Shown: piece by piece, positions 50,883 to 60,726 of the stretch | How positions within the stretch are numbered: the stretch's first letter is position 1 | How the letters are laid out: every line of letters begins with the position of its first letter | From: Kiritimatiellia bacterium | GTDB taxonomy: Bacteria; Verrucomicrobiota; Kiritimatiellia; JAAZAB01 | Direction of reading: 5' to 3' | Assembly (NCBI GenBank): GCA_040767085.1 | Contig: JAXGPF010000005.1 | Span: forward strand, 288,001 to 352,000 | DNA length: 64,000 nt | Program-made: the position numbers and the translations under genes | Notes under the pieces: model-generated | Told to the model about the DNA's origin: nothing | Database searches by the model: none | Seen by the model: only the letters and a program-made list of their open reading frames with translations

Positions 50883-53472
50883 CGTCTTCCTCCTCCATAT
50901 TACGCCCTACCGCGCCGGCGCCAGCCGACCATTTTGGAATAACCACACCCAAGTCATCCCGATAGGTCAAGCCGGATGCTTCACCAGTCGCCAAGCTTAA
51001 AAGTTTTTCGCCATCCAATTTACAGGCCACCATACCATGCCCATGCGTATATTCCCTCAGCCAGTCCGGCACTCGCTGGTGACGAGCTTCCACACACCAG
51101 CACGGCACATTCACCAGGTTGCGATGAATGCTCCGGGCGACGTCCAGACTGAATTTTCCGGTTTTAATTTCGCATTTCTCGCCATTTAGCAGTGTAAAGC
51201 GTGCACCGGTTCTGCCATCCCATGCAAAGATTTTACAGACAAGCAAAACTGCAACCGACGGGCATGAATTCCACCGGGTTTGAACACCTTCTTTATCATC
51301 AAACGCAATTAGCCAAGGATTACCAATGGAAATAGCGGCATTATGCAGTTCTTTACACCGTTCATCCAGTTTTACGCCCAGACTGCGCCAAGCCACCGGC
51401 TCATCATCCGATGGATCGGCATAAGTCGCCTCCAGCAGCGGGCGAATGTCGGCGGGCAAGTTAATTTCGGAATATTTCCGCCATAAATCAAATGTCCGCA
51501 ACAGCACATACGGCGCATATACCTTCGCGCTTTTCCCGAAGGCGGCTTTGATGGCGGCTATATCCGCGGAGCGAAGAGCGGCGGCGGCCAACGCCGGTGA
51601 GGCAATCCACGCCTCCGGCACGTTACAACCGGGGGGACGCGGACGTGGGTGCCGCCAGAGCCGGCCAATGCGCTGGAGCAACATATCCGTGGGGGCCAGA
51701 TCGGTGATCAATAAATCGGCGTCTATATCCACGCTTTGCTCGGCCACCTGTGTGGACACAAGCACGCAGCCTCCGGTTGGCCGGCTGGATTGTTCCTTGC
51801 CCAGCCGTTCCAGCCAGTCTTCTTCCAGTTGCGCGCGCCGGAACTGCGGGAAACGGGCATGCAGCAAGGCAATCTCCGGACCGCCAGCCTGGTTTTGACC
51901 AAGCAAGCGGCGATAAGTTTCCTGGGCATCGTTTACGGTATTGCGGATCCAGAGGACACATGCGCCGCACTTGGCGCGTTCAAGGCAGGACGCTTCTAAT
52001 GCCGCTTGGGGGATGAATCGAAGATGCACCTTCTTTGGTGCATCCGGCGGCACCGGACACCGCACCAGTCCGCCATTGCGGACCGCTGAAATCAATGGAT
52101 AATCCGCGGAGCGCGCCGACACAGTTTTCTCCAGCCCCAGCAATTTTTCCCGCCGGACGGCGGTGAGCGTGGCGGAAAGGATTATGACCGTGGCGCCTAA
52201 TTCACGCAGACGGGTCACAAGCTGATCAATCAACGTTCCGGTGTAAAGATCATAGGAATGGATTTCGTCAAGAATGACAACCTTGCCAGCCAAGCCATAT
52301 TGACGTACGAAAAAATGTTTGGCCGCCACAACCCCAAGCAAGGCCTGATCCACCGTGCCGACGCCGAACGGCGCCAATAGAGCTCGACGCGGCGAAGCAA
52401 ACCAATCGCGGATAGTATAACTTTTCCGATCGGAATTATCGCCGGTAAACTCCGCGCCATTGACGATTTCAGAATCATCCAACAACCATGAATTTCCATG
52501 CGTCAGCCGGACGCCAGCGCCTGGAATGATCCGATCAATAAAATCCGCCACCCGTTTATGAATCCGGTTGCTGGTGACCTGGGTCGGCAGGGCAAAATAA
52601 ATACCCGTGGCCTGGCCTGTGGCAAGTAAATTATAAGCGGCTATCAGCGCGGCTTCCGTTTTGCCGCAGCCCATGGCAGCTTCGATGATATAAACACCAG
52701 GATAACTGACAAGTTCAGAAAATACTTTCTGCATGGCATTAGGCAAAAACGGCGGGAACATGTCAGTAAATATTTTCCCCGCCAAACACGATACGGGCTG
52801 AAATCCAATCCGCTTAAGCTGGGACTCTCCCCGCGCGCGAATGGCGGCGGCATCCAAAATCAAGTCCGGCGGAAATGATGCTTCATCGGACGCCAGCCAA
52901 TCGGCCACAACAATCAGACCGGCATTAAACCATAACTCGCCACAATCGAACTTCACCGGCACATCTGGCAATGGCCCAAATACCTTCAACAATTCATCCA
53001 TCAGGCGGCGGCGTTCCTCCGTCCAAGATTCACCACCGTCGCAAAGCTGATTGATACGATCGCCTTTCAACCTGCCATGATGGGCGCCGACAATCGCTGC
53101 CCAGAAACGCAAGTCATTTTTCACCAAGACATCTTGGAGCGTCTTTTGACTGATTTTGGCATGATCGTCGATCAAGCCCGCAACATCGGCAATGCTTAAA
53201 CCATGCTTTTTCCGCCACATCTGACATTTCACCTGAAATCCCGGCGACACTTTTCCGACATCGTGTAATGCGGCAAGCACAATACCGTTGTGCATTTTTA
53301 ACAAATCGCGCAGCCACACCGGATGTTGCGCGGTTAACAACCCGGCGATAATACCGGCGGTGCGGCAATGCTGCGAAACGGAAATGCCCGGCAATTCATC
53401 CGGCGTTGTCTTGGCCCAGCATTCCGTATATTTGATGTCGTTTCCCATCTCTAAATCGCACCCCCCCCCCAT
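50866..53472 (-). CDS. cas3: Cas3 HD nuclease-helicase
   Basis: LHDVGK, AHHG, VADWLAS, GCGKTEAAL, DEIH, SAT, QRIGRLWRH. The start is ATG 53472 (TAATG overlap) or ATG 53448. Confidence 0.96.
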   Translation of the reverse strand: MGGGCDLEMGNDIKYTECWAKTTPDELPGISVSQHCRTAGIIAGLLTAQHPVWLRDLLKMHNGIVLAALHDVGKVSPGFQVKCQMWRKKHGLSIADVAGLIDDHAKISQKTLQDVLVKNDLRFWAAIVGAHHGRLKGDRINQLCDGGESWTEERRRLMDELLKVFGPLPDVPVKFDCGELWFNAGLIVVADWLASDEASFPPDLILDAAAIRARGESQLKRIGFQPVSCLAGKIFTDMFPPFLPNAMQKVFSELVSYPGVYIIEAAMGCGKTEAALIAAYNLLATGQATGIYFALPTQVTSNRIHKRVADFIDRIIPGAGVRLTHGNSWLLDDSEIVNGAEFTGDNSDRKSYTIRDWFASPRRALLAPFGVGTVDQALLGVVAAKHFFVRQYGLAGKVVILDEIHSYDLYTGTLIDQLVTRLRELGATVIILSATLTAVRREKLLGLEKTVSARSADYPLISAVRNGGLVRCPVPPDAPKKVHLRFIPQAALEASCLERAKCGACVLWIRNTVNDAQETYRRLLGQNQAGGPEIALLHARFPQFRRAQLEEDWLERLGKEQSSRPTGGCVLVSTQVAEQSVDIDADLLITDLAPTDMLLQRIGRLWRHPRPRPPGCNVPEAWIASPALAAAALRSADIAAIKAAFGKSAKVYAPYVLLRTFDLWRKYSEINLPADIRPLLEATYADPSDDEPVAWRSLGVKLDERCKELHNAAISIGNPWLIAFDDKEGVQTRWNSCPSVAVLLVCKIFAWDGRTGARFTLLNGEKCEIKTGKFSLDVARSIHRNLVNVPCWCVEARHQRVPDWLREYTHGHGMVACKLDGEKLLSLATGEASGLTYRDDLGVVIPKWSAGAGAVGRNMEEEDDESYD

Positions 53473-54665
53473 TACACCCGCCGGGCGCCGTGTTTTTCCA
53501 GAATATTCGTAATCTTCCCGAGATCGGCGGCGTTTTTGACGTGGCGGCCGGCAATCAACACAAGATCCCAGATGCGCCCGTTGGGTGTCAGCACCCGCCG
53601 GGACGAGCCGGGCTCCTGGTTGGAATGCGCGGCGTAATATTTGCGGATGTCGTCATGCAACGCCTTTTCCAGGCTCGGCACAATTAGCCGCAATTCCAAC
53701 AGCCGGATCAGGAACGCCTCGGCGGATACGCCGAACCGGTGCTTGATCCGATACAGTAACTCCGGCGTCCATTCGCCCGGGCGCAACCCCAACTGACGCA
53801 CCGTCGCGCATACCGCCGATTCGGGCATGAGGAACAATCCCGCAAACCGCCGGGCCGCCCGCGCTGCCGTAAACAACTTGCCGCGCCGGTCTTTGCCGAC
53901 TTGCGGCCGCGGCAGATGCCGATAATAGGCCGGCGCATGCATATAAAGCCGTCCCAATTCGTAGGCCAACAGGTACAACTGGCGTTCAGCGTTCAGCTTG
54001 ACATCATCCAGGAAGATAAAAGCATTGGCATTTTTTATGTCATGGCAACTGATGCTCTCCACGCCGGGCGGCAGCCGGCAGAAAATCACCCGTAATCCGG
54101 CATTCTCGAACAATTCGAGATAATCGAAGATCACGGCGTCGCTGATGCCCAACAGACGCCGGACCTGCCCGCAAAGCCGCTGCAAACCCTCTTCCGTGCG
54201 GTCAGCCGCCAGCACCAACGGCAATTCGGCGGATTTGACGGCGTGGCTCATGTCTTCCAGCGCCAAAAAAGCGTCCGCCAGCTCGCTGGCCATCCCGCAC
54301 AATTGATGCGGCAAACCGGCCAGTTCACGGCGGGTGCGGGCGGGTAAGGCGCAGGGACCATGCCAGAGTGGTTTTTCCGCAGCCACCATGTACGGTACGC
54401 CGGCTTCACGGGCAACCATGGCGTCCAAACCGCCAACAGGTCCATCCGCCGGCGGAGTAAAGAAAACATCCACCGGTTCGTCCAGGATTCGGGGAAGGGC
54501 GTGCAAAACACGGGCGCCAGGCAGATTGCGCCCTTTTTCGATGCAATTCAAAGGCCCTGGCCGCATGCCCAGCCGCGCCGCCAACTCGGCCTGACTGAGA
54601 TGAGCGCGCAGGCGAACCGCGCGGATATTGGCGCCAACATGCTTTAACGAAGAATCTTTTGGCAT
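53472..54665 (-). CDS. XRE-family HTH regulator fused to an ImmA/IrrE (M78)-like domain with degenerate active site
   Basis: VGANIRAVRLRAHLSQAELAARLG...IEKGRNLP HTH; NAERQLYLLAYELGRL in place of the RFTLAHELGH motif; FAGLFLMP; RFGVSAEA. Alternative starts at 54674/54677. Confidence 0.85.
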   Translation of the reverse strand: MPKDSSLKHVGANIRAVRLRAHLSQAELAARLGMRPGPLNCIEKGRNLPGARVLHALPRILDEPVDVFFTPPADGPVGGLDAMVAREAGVPYMVAAEKPLWHGPCALPARTRRELAGLPHQLCGMASELADAFLALEDMSHAVKSAELPLVLAADRTEEGLQRLCGQVRRLLGISDAVIFDYLELFENAGLRVIFCRLPPGVESISCHDIKNANAFIFLDDVKLNAERQLYLLAYELGRLYMHAPAYYRHLPRPQVGKDRRGKLFTAARAARRFAGLFLMPESAVCATVRQLGLRPGEWTPELLYRIKHRFGVSAEAFLIRLLELRLIVPSLEKALHDDIRKYYAAHSNQEPGSSRRVLTPNGRIWDLVLIAGRHVKNAADLGKITNILEKHGARRV

Positions 54666-54689
54666 GCCGAACATCATGCATGTTTTTAT

Positions 54690-56223
54690 GTTTCCTCACC
54701 AGAATTTGTGGGTGATTACCGGTTCGGGCAATTGCCCAAGGGTATGATATAGCGCCATTTCCGCGCCATGAAAAGTTCTGAAGCCATAAGATCGTTTGGT
54801 AACCACTCGAGCTTTATTGTTCAAGCCCTCGGTTGCGCCAGTAAAAACCTCGTTTCTGGCTCTGATCCAGTTCAAAAGCAGCTCCTCGTGTTTAGCAATG
54901 GTTTTAGCCGCCTTAATGATTGGCGCAATGCGGCTACGACAGGCGCGCTTGACCCATGCCTGGAGATAATTACGCGCCCAGGTTGGGCTGTGATAGCTCC
55001 AAAAATGCTGAAAGCTTTCCTTGAACAAATAGGCGCGGCCGGTTTGCAGTCTTGTGCCCAATATCCGATCAAGCATTTCGCGAGCTTTGCCGCGCACGCG
55101 GGTTTTGCGGCGCAGCAAGGTCCAGCGCATTTTCTTGAGTTTTTGCTTGGCCGCCGGACGCGCTGTCATCGCCGCCATATCCCGGCGCCGGACCTCGTCC
55201 ACGGCGGCATTCAAGGTTTGCACGACATGGAAGCGGTCAATCATGTGGCAACCGTGGCTGAGGCTCGCAGCAATGACTTTCAGATAAGGTCGCCACATAT
55301 CGCTACATATATGTCGAATGCCGGCCAGCACGGGTTTTCCCAAAGATTGCAACCCTTTACGCAGCGCGGCCGCCCGGCGGGTTTGGCCGACCCAGAGCAA
55401 TCGGCGGCATTGCGCATCAATCTGATAGATCAAGGTCAGATAGTTCTTGCTCTTTTTACCGTTGCCTACGTGGAGTTCATCAACACCAATCGCCGTTATA
55501 TTGGCCAATTCCCGGTGCGCCAAGCCCCATTCCACCATCCACTCGACCGACCGATAAACCGCCTGCCAACTGACTTTGAAAATCAGCGCCGTCTCTTTCC
55601 AGGACAACCTCCGCGCCCAGTTCCCCAAAAAAAGCATCAGCGCCTTGCTGTAGGGTCGTTTGCCATCGCTCCAAGGCAGCGCTTCCACCACCACGCCATG
55701 TTCGGGGCAATTTACCCGGCGCGGACTATAATGCAAAAAAGCCGGCACATTCAAAATGGGCACAAACGCCCATATCCGTTCAGGCAGAGTGTCGTATGTC
55801 GCCAGCGGTCGCCCGCAACGCGAGCAGCATGCCGCGCGTTGGCGATGCGGACGAATGCTTATATCCACTTTCCATTGGCCGCGACGATCCAAAACCATAC
55901 AAGTTTCCTGATAAATAAAACGTTTCAAAGGTTGCAAACGATTCAAAATTGTTTTAAGTTTCACCTTGGGCTGGTCCTCCTTTTTTTGTGTTCACCCATT
56001 GCATACGCAATGGATTACGGAAAGGCCAGCCTATTTTTTTGCCGCCGCTTTATCTCCGTTCCGCCATCGCGCCAATCAGGAGTTATTAATCAGGCTGCTG
56101 CGGGGCCGCCAAACGCCCAAAGCGGCAGGCTGTTAATAACTCCACCATCTTTTGGCGCCATTGCTTGGAGAACTTCTTAAACTTTAAAACCTGTTTTTTA
56201 CCCACAAATTCTGGTTAGGAGCC
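54690..56223 (-). mobile_element. ISL3-family insertion sequence, 1534 bp, with 8-bp target duplication
   Basis: Inverted ends GGCTCCTAACCAGAATTTGTGGGT and GTTTCCTCACCAGAATTTGTGGGT; GTTTTTAT duplicated at 54682-54689 and 56224-56231. Confidence 0.92.
54696..55964 (-). CDS. ISL3-family transposase
   Basis: CSRC...RRVNCPEHG zinc finger, IGVDE, CSDMWRPY, DRFHV, EGLNNKA...RSYGFR. Confidence 0.95.
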   Translation of the reverse strand: MKLKTILNRLQPLKRFIYQETCMVLDRRGQWKVDISIRPHRQRAACCSRCGRPLATYDTLPERIWAFVPILNVPAFLHYSPRRVNCPEHGVVVEALPWSDGKRPYSKALMLFLGNWARRLSWKETALIFKVSWQAVYRSVEWMVEWGLAHRELANITAIGVDELHVGNGKKSKNYLTLIYQIDAQCRRLLWVGQTRRAAALRKGLQSLGKPVLAGIRHICSDMWRPYLKVIAASLSHGCHMIDRFHVVQTLNAAVDEVRRRDMAAMTARPAAKQKLKKMRWTLLRRKTRVRGKAREMLDRILGTRLQTGRAYLFKESFQHFWSYHSPTWARNYLQAWVKRACRSRIAPIIKAAKTIAKHEELLLNWIRARNEVFTGATEGLNNKARVVTKRSYGFRTFHGAEMALYHTLGQLPEPVITHKFW

Positions 56224-56654
56224 GTTTTTATTAATATGTCAAATTTTTTTTGCAATATATTTCATGTATTTACAAAGCTGTATCATGCTTGCGGCTCACG
56301 AGACATTCGCCCTCCAGTTGGGGGCAAAGGTGTAGGTTTTTTGGAGGGCGAGCGTCCACGCGAGCCGTCAGCCCTGGCGGAACGTCAAGCATGACGCAGT
56401 CCTGCATGTATTTCCCGAATTTTGTTTTTCCTGAATTTTGCACGCGCTATGATTGCTTTAAATCATTTCTAAACCAATATTCGTGCAAAATTCAGGTTTT
56501 TAATACTTGACAGTGATGATACTGCTGGTAGATTAAATATGCTTCTTCGCGAAGCTTCGCAACGAGGCGGAAGTGATACTGCGCTTCCCGCGCACATGCA
56601 ACATATCGCCATGCCGCCCGATTACATAATGCGCTTTCGCGCGATTGACAACGC

Positions 56655-57158
56655 ATGGAGGAACTGATGGATTGGTTTGCATTTGCCAAGGACGCTATTT
56701 TTGCCGCTTTAATCATCGGAGCAGCTTTCCTGACCGGAGGTATGCTCAGCCATCAACTCAACCGCCTGCACAGCGCCGACCGGATGCCGGCCATGATGTT
56801 TCGGCCGCTTAAATTCGTTGTGCGCTACGGTCTTATGCTGATTACATCCCTGCTGGTCCTGGGCGCATTTAACGTGGATATTGGCAATTTCTGGAATTTC
56901 ATCTCCGCAGTGCTGGGATTGATAGCCATCGGTTTCGTAGCCGTATGGAGCTTGCTGAGCAATCTGTCATCGGCTTTTCTGCTGATGACATTCAAACCGT
57001 TTAAAATCGGCGACAAACTTGAGCTGCCGGGCGATGGTATTGCCGGCCAGGTGACGAATATGAATCTCATGTTCACCGTCATCCGGGACGACAACGGACA
57101 CGACAACCACGTACCCAACAACATATTTTTCCAAAAGCCATCGCGCAAATTAAGGTGA
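56655..57158 (+). CDS. Short MscS-family mechanosensitive channel protein
   Basis: Three hydrophobic segments; KPFKIGDKLE...GQV...FT.I......VPNN. Confidence 0.85.
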   Translation: MEELMDWFAFAKDAIFAALIIGAAFLTGGMLSHQLNRLHSADRMPAMMFRPLKFVVRYGLMLITSLLVLGAFNVDIGNFWNFISAVLGLIAIGFVAVWSLLSNLSSAFLLMTFKPFKIGDKLELPGDGIAGQVTNMNLMFTVIRDDNGHDNHVPNNIFFQKPSRKLR

Positions 57159-57188
57159 TGACCGCAACCTCCACCCCGGTAGGATGTT

Positions 57189-57554
57189 ATGGCCAAGCGA
57201 TTTAAACCGCGCGCTTTGTTTATTACGCTGGTCCTGGGCTACGCCATCATTGCCGCGCTGAGCATGTGGCTTCTGGGCAACCGCGCGGACGAAGCCATGC
57301 TGCACCTGGTGCTCTTCGGCATCCTGCCGATATTGCTTGCGGCCTGGACGATAGATGCCATTCACAGCGGGGAAATATGGCGCCAGGGCCCGAAATCCTT
57401 GACTGCTTCCCTGACGTCCAACACCCGGCGGATCACCCGCCGTGATCATCCCCTGTCATTCTGGTCGGCCATCGCCATAACCTGGGCCCTGTCAGCCGCT
57501 ATGATCGTATTCGTCATCCTGGGAATAATCACACGGTTGCGTTTGACGCCATGA
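57189..57554 (+). CDS. Hypothetical membrane protein
   Basis: AGGA ribosome-binding site, three hydrophobic segments, no recognised motif. Confidence 0.6.
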   Translation: MAKRFKPRALFITLVLGYAIIAALSMWLLGNRADEAMLHLVLFGILPILLAAWTIDAIHSGEIWRQGPKSLTASLTSNTRRITRRDHPLSFWSAIAITWALSAAMIVFVILGIITRLRLTP

Positions 57555-58045
57555 GCGTTGCGCCACGCAGCGGCGCGCTGCAGATGGAAGCCGGAATGCG
57601 CCGATCCGCGGGCTTGACGGGCAGCCTGGCGGCAAATCTAAATCCGTGAAAAACCACTTGCAGGACGCCCCGGCGTCGGCGGGCATAAACGTACAAGGCG
57701 GCCGGCGGCCACAACCAAAGATTGCAGGCCGCCCCGCCCTCCGATGTGGCGGCACGGCTGTGTCATTCTCGGGAAAGACGGCCATTCGACCGGGCTCATG
57801 GCAGGCTTGGCAGGGATCAAGCCGATGGCCTGACAAGCGCCTTTATCCCGCTTCGCGGGCTCGCTCTACCATTTTGGCCATATCTGCCTGTGGCGGGGCG
57901 AACCGCCAGCCTGCCAAGGCGCGGGCAGGTCCCGGGTGATCCGCAAGCATGACGCAGCCGTGTAAAACGCGGTAACTGCCCTGTGATTTTTCTTGTTTTT
58001 TGGGGCAGTTGCCGTATTTTAAGCCAATCACCGTCACAAACATGC

Positions 58046-59155
58046 ATGGATGACAATGCCACAGAATTTTTCCGCGAATTGCACGAAAGTGTGGCGCAAT
58101 TCGGTTCCGCGCCGGCTTTCGCCGACATGCCGCGGCGCACGCTGGCGGAGAAGGGCATGGCCGGCCCGACCGCCGCGCATGTCATCGAGGAAGTGCATGT
58201 GCCGCGCCACCTCGCCGGGCTGACTTTCACCACCGGCACTTCCGCGTTCCAGAATATCGTCGGCATCACGGCCGCGGAATTACCGTTGAAACAGCAGGCC
58301 GCCGGCCGCGTGCTCGCCCGCGCCGGCCTAGGCGCCGGCGAACGCCTGCTGGTATGTTACCCGCCGTTGATCAATGTTTTCACGAAACAAGCGCTGACCG
58401 ACGCCGGCATCAACTGGTATTTCCTGACGCGCTCCAGCCGCGATGCATTCCTCGACGCGCTGTACCATGAACACCCCGCGGCCATCATGGGCGAGTCCGC
58501 ATTTATCCGGACAGCCCTGGAGGATGCCGCCAGGCTGGGCGTCGCCGAAGCACTGCCCCGGGTGAAAAGCATTATGACCGCCGGCACGCCCATGGACCCC
58601 GGCCTGCCCCCCCTGGCGCGCGAACTCCTGGGCGCAGCGGTTTACGATGTTTACGGCTGCCAGGAATTCGGCTGGCTGACCGTCAACGGCGAGCCGGTGC
58701 GCGACGACCTGAGCCTGATCCCCTCGCCGCTTGGGCCGGAATTCCGCGAATGCGTCGTCGGCGGCCTGCCGACGGGCGACAGTTTCCCCGTCACGGATAA
58801 CACCCACATGCTCAGCGCCACCGGCCGCATCATAACCTACCGCCGGCGGCGCACCCGGCCGGATTATGAAGTAGTAGTGCTGGCCGCGCCGAAGGTTGCA
58901 TTGGAAACCCTGGAGCGCACCGCGCGCACAATTCTGCGCATCAAGGGCCGCGTGGTAAAAATCCATCCGCGCCCCGATTGTGAAGGCGAACGGACATTGC
59001 TATGGCTGAAACCCGCCGGCGCGGGACTCGACCAGCCGCCGGACATCACCATTGCCGGCCCTGATAAAACCGCGTATTTCGACGCCATGGTGCAGGCTCA
59101 GGTTGATTACCAAACCGCCGGCGCCAGGGATCCCGTCTGGACGAAAAAAAATTAG
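58046..59155 (+). CDS. Divergent phenylacetate-CoA ligase/ANL adenylating enzyme-like protein
   Basis: LTFTTGTSAFQ (P-loop-like), TAGTP, YDVYGCQEFG, LPTGD motifs. Confidence 0.7.
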   Translation: MDDNATEFFRELHESVAQFGSAPAFADMPRRTLAEKGMAGPTAAHVIEEVHVPRHLAGLTFTTGTSAFQNIVGITAAELPLKQQAAGRVLARAGLGAGERLLVCYPPLINVFTKQALTDAGINWYFLTRSSRDAFLDALYHEHPAAIMGESAFIRTALEDAARLGVAEALPRVKSIMTAGTPMDPGLPPLARELLGAAVYDVYGCQEFGWLTVNGEPVRDDLSLIPSPLGPEFRECVVGGLPTGDSFPVTDNTHMLSATGRIITYRRRRTRPDYEVVVLAAPKVALETLERTARTILRIKGRVVKIHPRPDCEGERTLLWLKPAGAGLDQPPDITIAGPDKTAYFDAMVQAQVDYQTAGARDPVWTKKN

Positions 59156-59321
59156 GACGGCTGGAATCCGGATTGCGCCACATCCCGCTTCGTCAGACCA
59201 CGCAGGACAAGCAATGGCGCACTGCCGTCCGGAGCTTGTTTTGGCAGAATATTTCCGTCATGCTTTGAACGAGAATGCTGCTTGACATCCTGCCGGCGAT
59301 GTTGTGAAATACCCTAAAGCC

Positions 59322-60629
59322 ATGAACCAGGCGCCCAAAACTTATCTCAGTTTTTTGGATCGCCTCCGCATCCGGCGCCGCGGCCTGCGCCGGGACGAGA
59401 ACGGGCAAGTGCTGCTCCTGACGGCGCTGATGGCGATGACCCTGATCGCCTTTGTCGCCGCCATCCTCCCCACCGGCCAGATTGTCACCGCCAAAATCCA
59501 GGCGCAGAATGCCGCCGACGCCGCCGCCATGACCGCCATGACCTGGATGGCGCGCGGGTCCAATTTCCTGCAGGGCACCAACGGCTTCCACTGGGATGTC
59601 AACGGCATCATGGTAGTGGTGATTGAAGGCATCACGTATTATTACATCGCCAAAATGCTGGAGGACCTGGAAGTCCCGATTGTCGGCTGGATCAAGATGA
59701 TCGTGGACTGGTTCGAAGGCATGGATAAAATCGGCTCCGCCTCCACCGCGCGTTTCTGGATTTCCGAATCCATCATCGGCAGCCAGGTGCTGGCGGCCGA
59801 GGCTACCCCCATGATCGCCTTCGCGCATGCCAGCGCCATTGCCAGGAAGAACGGCGCGGACGTTTTCGACGCCGCCTACTTCGCCGATTTGCGGCAGCAG
59901 GTACCCGGCCTGCCGGCCGGCCTGACTGCCAGCGCGTTCGACGAGGGCAACAAGGCCATGCGCGAGTGGATGGCGGAAGGCGAATTTTCCGAAGGCCTGC
60001 TGAACTGGCTGCGCGACCGCGGCGTCAACCTGGAATGGGGCATCGGCTGCCTGCTGAACTGGATCATTCCCGAGCCGCACGGCGAAATTCCGGCCGACAA
60101 GTTCAAACCCTACGCCTGGACGGTCAACCCCAGCCTCAACCCCAAGGAGTCGCTGGAACTTTACGAAGAAGCCAAGGCGCCCGCGGAATATTTCCCCGGC
60201 AACCCGCTCTACACCGAAGTGTTCTGGCCGTTCACCCTCTGCCTGGTCTTCCTGAAATTTGTCCACTGGCGCGACAATTATTACAAATCCAAGAACATTG
60301 ACGTGCCGATCACGTTCATGACCTACAAGGCACCCGCCAAATCCTTCATGCTGAACGATCTGCTGTTGACCGGGGCGCAGCGCGCCCAGGGCCAGTCGCT
60401 GGCGCCTTACACCTACGCCTTCGGCAGCGCCAAGCTGACCGGCGACCAGCTTTACCTGGGCGGCCAGGATTTCACGATCTATTTCTCCATCCCGATTTTC
60501 GCGTTCCCCATCTGGCCGTTTCCGCTGGTGCGGCTGTTCACCGGGGGTTACAAGGGGAGTTTCCGGGCCGAGATGACGCCCGTCAAGGTGCTGAACGTCA
60601 ACGGCGCCGAATTCATGGTGCAGCACTGA
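59322..60629 (+). CDS. TadG-like pilus assembly protein
   Basis: RRDENGQ prepilin-like site, transmembrane helix, QAQNAADAAAMTA Tad motif. Confidence 0.82.
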   Translation: MNQAPKTYLSFLDRLRIRRRGLRRDENGQVLLLTALMAMTLIAFVAAILPTGQIVTAKIQAQNAADAAAMTAMTWMARGSNFLQGTNGFHWDVNGIMVVVIEGITYYYIAKMLEDLEVPIVGWIKMIVDWFEGMDKIGSASTARFWISESIIGSQVLAAEATPMIAFAHASAIARKNGADVFDAAYFADLRQQVPGLPAGLTASAFDEGNKAMREWMAEGEFSEGLLNWLRDRGVNLEWGIGCLLNWIIPEPHGEIPADKFKPYAWTVNPSLNPKESLELYEEAKAPAEYFPGNPLYTEVFWPFTLCLVFLKFVHWRDNYYKSKNIDVPITFMTYKAPAKSFMLNDLLLTGAQRAQGQSLAPYTYAFGSAKLTGDQLYLGGQDFTIYFSIPIFAFPIWPFPLVRLFTGGYKGSFRAEMTPVKVLNVNGAEFMVQH

Positions 60630-60726
60630 CGGCCAAGGCGGGCGCAAGCCCGCAACCCAAATCGAAATTGGCATCGGCCTGGATCCTGATTTCGACAGCG
60701 ATTTTGATTATATTTTGCTAACCGCT

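Noticed and set aside
39053-56223. CRISPR-associated transposon or IS200/IS605-TnpB interpretation of the island
   Set aside because: No tnsABC/tniQ, tnpB or iscB; cas3 is intact; the ISL3 has its own self-contained ends and target duplication.
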